Below, one piece after another: positions 56,611-64,000 of a stretch of 64,000 nt of DNA. This DNA comes from the human T2T-CHM13v2.0 reference genome, Homo sapiens: assembly GCF_009914755.1 (NCBI RefSeq), contig NC_060932.1, one strand, 5' to 3'. Numbering within the stretch: position 1 is the first letter of the stretch; the number at the start of each line of letters is the position of its first letter. The notes below the pieces were generated by a model. It saw nothing but the letters and a program-made list of their open reading frames with translations. It did no database searches and was not told where the DNA came from. The translations under genes and the position numbers were made by a program.

Positions 56611-56839
56611 GATCCATATAAAGCTCAATACATAAGAGAAAGAATCACAAATATATAACATACCTAAGACCTTTACCTCTTAGTAGACCAAGAGGTGATA
56701 TCAGTTTTCCGTTTTACACTCTTTTCAGTTGAACCAAGAGTGGAGGCTTATAATCAACACAGTATTTTCAACAGTCACAACTAATTAATTGGATGTGCAA
56801 GCAACATAAAACCTATCTGCATTAGACAGTACTTTGAAA
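56611..56839. repeat. IL7 intronic dispersed repeat, copy 2 (intron 4)
   Basis: Colinear with the copies at 53996 and 59989. Confidence 0.92.
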
Positions 56840-57984
56840 CCGCTGTTAAGTAGGAATGAAGAAATGGTAGACTAGAGTAGGAAGTCTTCATGAATCTTGA
56901 GCCGAGCCTTGAAGGCATAGAACAAAATAGATCCAATTTATAGAAAAAAAAAGTAGAAATGCTCTCTAGGGGACAAACGTAAGGACGCAAGTTTGGAAAT
57001 AAGTTTGGCAAATCCAGCACACTAAGAGGAGACTTGCTTCCATCAAGTACATAAAGCAATGATAAATGAGGCTATCCAAGTTATATAATAGATAATCTAC
57101 ATTTTTATCACTGTCAATAGGATTCAAAGATAATCTTACCATTTTACCTTCTATGGGAAACTACTAGTGCTCAAACAAAACAAAATTCTTTTTTAAGTCA
57201 TAAAAATGTTATTTAAGAAAATATTTAAAACCATAAAATAAACTTTTGGTTTTGTGTGGCAGCTGGTAAAATCCAAAAAGAGGTAAATAATACAAATAAA
57301 ATAAAGCACTGTATTAAATATTGAAAACTTTTTAGTACTAAGCACTTTACATGTGTTATGCCATTTAATCCTTTCAAATCCCACAATGTAGATATGTTTT
57401 TCTGCATTTTGTAGATAAGGAAACTGCTGTCTAGTCTCTAGATGATGTCTTCCATATTTGGTTTTGTTGTTTTAGTTCATAACCACTAGTAGAAAAGTAG
57501 GAAAATATTAGCCCTATTTGTATCAAAATTATTTAAAGAAGGGAAAATTGTTGGACATGTTTATGTCTAGTTTAAGCCTATAAAGATATTTGTTAAATAC
57601 ATTTGATTTCCTGTTTTATTGACTAGGAGTTCTTGTAAATGTGTACATATATGGATTAAAGCTATTAATAAGTTTTAGATATAGAAATTTACCATTCCCC
57701 ACCCAATATATCACCCTAGTATCCTTGGAAGTTATTATGGCAATGAAGAATTTATTTATTTATTTTTTACTCCCCTTTCACAAACAATTCACTCTAGCCA
57801 AGAGATAAATAGGTATTTCCAAACTGAGCCTTTCCTCTTCTAGGATTGAGTAAACATACTTCAACTTTAGATGATAATAAACACTTAGGATTCTATGATA
57901 ATGGATGTGATCATCAGAGAATAGTGGTATCTTGGCACAGGAGTATTTAATATTTTTATTCAAAGTAAATAGTCCTTAGCTTAC

Positions 57985-58116
57985 CTGGCCAGTGCAGTTC
58001 AACAGTATTGTTGTGCCTTCTGAAACTTTTAATAAGTGGAGATCAAAATCACCAGTGCTATTCATTTTAAGAAATTGCCTCAACTTGCGAGCAGCACGGA
58101 ATAAAAACATACCTTC
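57985..58116 (-). CDS. IL7: Interleukin-7 exon 4 (132 nt)
   Basis: ATAG|GAAGGTATG...GGCCAG|GTAAGC; encodes [44 protein letters not shown]. Confidence 0.98.
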
Positions 58117-58892
58117 CTATTATAGGAAAAAGTCAGAAGGGCCATGGTTCAAATAAAATATTAAGAAATTATAAGCTTTCTTAAGGAGCCTAGAGCTTGA
58201 GCTATGTTGCTAGGTAATGCCCCGCCTCCACCCCAGCTTTCTATTCCAGTTAATCATGTGATTGACAAGTAACAGAACTAAAACTGTTTGGCTCCTAGGT
58301 GACAGCATGAAGTTCTTAGAACTTGGTTTAATAATTATCTTGACTTTTAAAGTTTGTTTTCTCTATTATGCTTATGTGATCTTATCGCTTATGTGTGAAC
58401 ATATTAGAAGATTATTCAATTTTAAACATGATAACCGAAGGAGAAGACTTCTGGAAGCAACAATGTATTATAAGAGGTATGTGTGGTTTTTTCTTAGTAT
58501 TTCTTGCATCTTTTGAGCTATGGAAGAATAGCTGATAATAAGAAAATAAAGGACTGTAGTCACCTAAAACATAAGTTTTGCAGATATTTAAATTAAGAAA
58601 TTTAAAAAAAAGAATTTATGGTTGTGAGATGCCATGAGGCTAACTTAGCTACTGTGAGTTTTTAAAAGACTATGAAATAGCACACTTGTTTCTGTAGGGA
58701 GAAATGATATAAACTTTTTAGGTTTTTTAAAGTGTAATATTATACCAACTAGATGTGGTAATCATTTAGAGATAAGCAAATATTGAAAGAAAAATTTTCA
58801 AGACGCTTCCAACTAAATTATACCAATGACTTATATTTGTATGTGTGCAAGCATTCACATTAACAAGTATTTTTCTGTATAAGAAATTTAGA

Positions 58893-59294
<402 letters not shown>

Positions 59295-59483
59295 TTAATA
59301 AGCACAGGACTATTTGTAAAACAAAAATATAAAATTGGGCCATAGTATGATTTAATCAATGGGAATTATGTGATCAGGCTACAAATATTAATAGTATTCA
59401 TATAATTGTCTAACAGAGGCACAAAAAATAGAAGCTTCTATAAAATCAAGCTTGAATGACAAACTCCAAATAATTATCATTAC

Positions 59484-59564
59484 CTTATTAGCATCACAGA
59501 TATGTCTTTTAAAAAAGTTAAATTCATTATTCAGGCAATTGCTACCAATTTCTTTCATGCTGTC
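59484..59564 (-). CDS. IL7: Interleukin-7 exon 3 (81 nt)
   Basis: ACAG|GACAGCATG...AATAAG|GTAATG; encodes DSMKEIGSNCLNNEFNFFKRHICDANK. Confidence 0.98.
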
Positions 59565-59988
59565 CTGTAATAAATAACATAAAATAATATGGTTAAAACT
59601 GAGTACTTTTCTAATATCTTGTAATTATAAAAAATAATAATCTTATAATATCTGATATTTATATGTGCATTTTAAGGAAAATAAGTTTTGCCTGGCTCAG
59701 CTGACTAAGCATGAGGAATCATTTTCTATAGTTGAAGGATAAATAAGTGTATACACAAATCCTCCCATATTTAGAGCCCCTCCCAGATCCCATAATTGAA
59801 TCCCAGAATTCTCTAAGAGAATCTGGCTCATCTAGGGAAATAGAAGTACCTATTTTAGAAGTTATGCTTTATAGACAAAGTATTATAAAATGTGAAGTCA
59901 TTAAGTTGAGATGAACTTAAGAGGTTATTCAGTCAAATTTCCTGCCATCAACAAATAACAAGAAAAGGAATTTATATTAGAATGAAGG

Positions 59989-60197
59989 GATCCATACAAA
60001 GCTCAACACATAAGAGAAAGAATCACAAATGTATAACATACCTAAACCCTTTACCCCTTCATATCAGTTGTCTGTTTTACACTCTTTTCAGTTGAGCTGA
60101 GACTACAGGCTTATAATCAACATAGTATTTTCAACAGTCACAACTAATTAATTGGATGTGCAAGGAATATAAAACCATCTGCATTAGTACTTTGAAA
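59989..60197. repeat. IL7 intronic dispersed repeat, copy 3 (intron 2)
   Basis: Colinear with copy 2 apart from a short deletion of the TAGACCAAGAGG block. Confidence 0.92.
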
Positions 60198-61515
60198 TTG
60201 ACAGTGAGAATTAAGGTTGAAATTTGTTCACAACATTTTTAGCAATCCAATTTTCTGGGATGGTTGAGGTAGAATTTTCCTGAGACAGTGTAATTATATG
60301 TGTGTATTATAAACATAGGAGTGAGAAAGCAGACTGATATGTGCGCTATTTTTTTTTTTCATTTACAAGGAATGTAGTAGAAGAAGGTAGAGATTATCTA
60401 AATCAATAATTTAGTTGATATTAGGAAAAACCTCCTAAGGTTTCAGATTTTCTTATGCACCGGGTTGGACTAGCTCTGTCCAGCAAACTAGCAACTCCAT
60501 GCTATCAGAGCTTCTGGGACTGAAAGCAATCTTAGCCTATGTAATGTCTCCAGAGAAACAGGATAAGAAGTGGAGCAATGGCAGGATTTAGTCATGGGCT
60601 TTGAATCCTCATCTGCCTCTCAGAAAAGTATTCATTACTCTTATCACCTGTGAAAAGCATGATGATGTCTGGGTTTACCCTGATTTTAAAATGTATATAC
60701 TATCAGCTTTATCTGCAAGAAGTGTCTGAATACATACATCTCAAGTGTAAAAGATACATTTTCAATAACTATCTTCACATTGCCATTGTACATATTCCTG
60801 AAAATTTAGTGGATAATTAATATTTGCCTATTAAGTCATTTTCATGTTGACTTCCCCATACCCCAAGGACAATAACTCATACATAATTTTTTCTTTGATA
60901 AAACATAGAGTATTTAATTTTTACCATGTCATCCTTCAAAAAAGAAGGTGAAACGTGTAGCTACTCTATATGTTATCTTCCAATTCACCAAAAATATCGT
61001 ATGAGACAATATGTCACATAATGAATGCCAATTTCTTGCAACATGTTAGCAAATTGCATGACACATGAATATTTAAAAAGCCATATTGGTTAGGTGGCTG
61101 TTCTAGGTTATTAATAAAACTTATTTTTGGCAGATCCACAGAAAGATAATGTTATACCAGTTGATTATTTTTTACCTAATGCTTGATATGGAATGTAAAT
61201 GTGTTACTATACCCTTAAAAGGTTGACTCCTATAGAGGTCACAGTTATTAATTCATCGACCTTAGTACATTTTATTAATGCATCTAATATAGATCTATAT
61301 GATTGCCAATTACTGTTGCTTTCTAAAATTCTTTTCATTCATGCCCTATCAGAAGAATGGCTCAGAGTAAGAATTATAGATACATGGTGTTGGAAAGAAA
61401 CTTAGATGGCCATCTTTTGATTTAACAAAGAATAGAATTACTTGACCAAAGTCCCAATAATTGTTTCTTATTCACATGTCACATATGTCCAGATGCAAAT
61501 AAGAAACAAATCACA

Positions 61516-61881
<366 letters not shown>

Positions 61882-62199
61882 TCAAATATTTTATAAATAT
61901 GAAAAATCAGAAGAGAAAAGCCAGGATTATAAGACTGAACTGCAGTATTTTCTAGTATAAAACATGACATTGGCTAAGTTCTTTTTTTTAGGTGAAGTTA
62001 TTTTTTAATACTTTTGTCTTTTAACTCTTATAGTAGAGGAAAAGTAACTTATAAACTATAATTACAGTATACACTTAATTACATACAAATTCATTACAGC
62101 CCTCTGAATTTGACTATATTTTATCTTTATGGTGAATTTTATGCTTTATCTTTACAGTGAGTTATATGCTTTCATATCTTTTCATGTTTTTAGTGTCTT

Positions 62200-64000
62200 T
62201 TTCTTTCTCTATTTTTTAAACATTTATTTTAAGTCCAGGGGTACAAGTGCAGGTTTGTTACATAGGTAAACTTGTGTCATGGGTTTTTTTTGTATAGATT
62301 ATTTCATCACCCAGGTATTAAGCCTAGTATCCATTAATTGTTTTTTGATCCTCTCCCTCTTCCTACCCTCCATCCTCCAAAAAGCCCCAGTGTGTATTGT
62401 TCCCCTGTATGTGTCCATGTGTTCTGATCATTTAGCTGCCACTTATAAGTGAGAACATGTGGTATTTGGTTTTCTGTTCCTGCATTAGTTTGCTAAGGAT
62501 AATGGCCTCCAGCTCCATCCATGTCCCTGCAAAGGACATGATCTCATTGATCTCATTCTTTTTTGTGGCTGCATAGTGTTCCATGGTGTATACGTACCAC
62601 ATTTTCTTTATCCAGTCCATTATTGATGGCCATTTAGTTTGATTCCATGTCTTTGCCATTGTGAATAGTGCTGCAATGAACATACATGTGCATGTGTCTT
62701 TATAACAGAATGATTTATATTCCCTTGGTTATATGCCCAGTAATGGGACTGCTGGGTTGAATAGTATATCTGTCTTTAGGTCTTTGAGAAATTGCCATAC
62801 CATCTTCCACAATGGCTGAACTGATTTACATTCCCACCAACAGTGTATAAGCATTCCTTTTTCTTCACAACCTTGCCAGCATGTTATTTTTTGACTTTTT
62901 AATTATAGCCATTCTGACTGGTGTGATATGGTATTCCATATTTCTCGGAGGTTTTGTTCATTCCTTTTCATTCTTTTTTCTCTACATTTGTCTGCCTGCC
63001 ATATTTCATTAAGCTCTGAAATTCTTTCCTCTGGTCTATTCTACTATTAATACTTGTGATTGCATTACGAAATTCTTGTAGTGTGTTTTTCAGCCCTATC
63101 AGGAGGATTAAGTACTTCTCTATACTGGCTATTTTGAACCCTTGCTGGAGAGGTAATGAGGTCAGCTGGAGGAAAGAGGGCACTCAGGCTTTTTGAGGTT
63201 TCAGCATTCTTGCTCTGATTCTTTCTCATTTCTGTGAGCTTATCTAATCTACCTTCAATGTTCGACGTTGCCTACCTTTTTTTTTCCCCCTGGCACAATT
63301 TGGCCAATTTTCCATAGGGCTGCTGTGGTTTGCTGGGGGTCTACTCCAGTCCCTAGTTGCCTTGGATTTTCCGGTAGCTGAAGGTATCACCAGTGAAGGC
63401 TGCAAAACAGCAAAGATGGCAGCCTGCCACTTCTTCTAAGAGCTCTGGCCCAGGGAGGTATGAACCTGTTGCCAGGTGGAACGCACCTGCAGGAGGTGGC
63501 TGGAGATCCTGGTTGGGAGGTCTTGCCCAGTCAGGAGGAAGAGGATTGGGGACCCACTTATAGAAGCAGTCTGGCCATGCTTTTGTAGAGCAGCTGCGCA
63601 GTGCTGGGGTAACGCTTCACCGCCTGTTGGCTTGGGCTCTCCAAAGCCCACAGGCTGGACAGGTTCAGTACCCAAATAGCAGAGATGTCAGCCCACCCCT
63701 CCCTCTGAGACCTCTGTCCCAGGGAGTTTTCAAATCTCTGTAGGCCAGAGAACACCAGCGGGGATGGCTGGAGGCCCTGGTTGGGAGGTCCTGCCCAATA
63801 AGGAGGGATGGCTCAGGGACCTGCTTAAAGAAGCAGTCTGGCCACGTGTTGGTAGAGCAATTGTGCTGTGTTGGGGGATCCCTTCTGCCCGATCGGTTTG
63901 GACTCTTCAAAGTCTGCAGGCTGAAAAAGGTGACTTGCCCAAACAGTGAAGATGGTGGCCTTCCCCTCTCCCTGGGAACTCTGTCCCAGGTAGGCACAAC
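62200..64000 (-). mobile_element. Older primate L1 (similar to 18927-26176) with a large internal deletion; runs off the window
   Basis: 3'UTR/ORF2 end 62200-62935 joined directly to ORF1 and repeated 5'UTR sequence 62936-64000. Confidence 0.92.

Noticed and set aside
56606-56612. ATGATGA box C before intronic repeat copy 2 (C/D snoRNA)
   Set aside because: Antisense to IL7 and not conserved in the other two copies
58840-58856. Possible fourth copy of the IL7 intronic repeat (TGTGCAAGCA) in intron 3
   Set aside because: Only a ~10-bp match; the other conserved blocks are absent

Overview
Human-type (primate) AT-rich genomic DNA, recognised from translated exons as the ZC2HC1A / IL7 locus (8q21, recalled from knowledge, not searched). 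The + strand carries the last six coding exons of ZC2HC1A (about exons 4-9, 5995-36960) and its ~2.3 kb 3'UTR. The - strand carries IL7 exons 3-6 (59564-53190) and the IL7 3'UTR, so the two genes converge tail-to-tail. Between them lies a processed pseudogene of C4orf46 with poly(A) tail and target-site duplication. Much of the rest is transposon-derived: a full-length THE1 with TSD, L1PA/L1M, Alus, MST/MLT, MER30, MER58, MER20, Tigger1, MIR and L2. Almost all ORFs in the supplied track are repeat-derived or spurious. Most notable signals not explained by these features: an in-frame 117-nt cassette exon in ZC2HC1A; a ~170-230 bp element repeated in three IL7 introns; an 88-nt near-perfect hairpin between the genes; a minisatellite with 7 TTACGTAA palindromes; and exon-like segments plus a CTCF motif just past the ZC2HC1A poly(A) signal. 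No prokaryotic-type system is present. Repeat subfamily calls were made by eye and are approximate.
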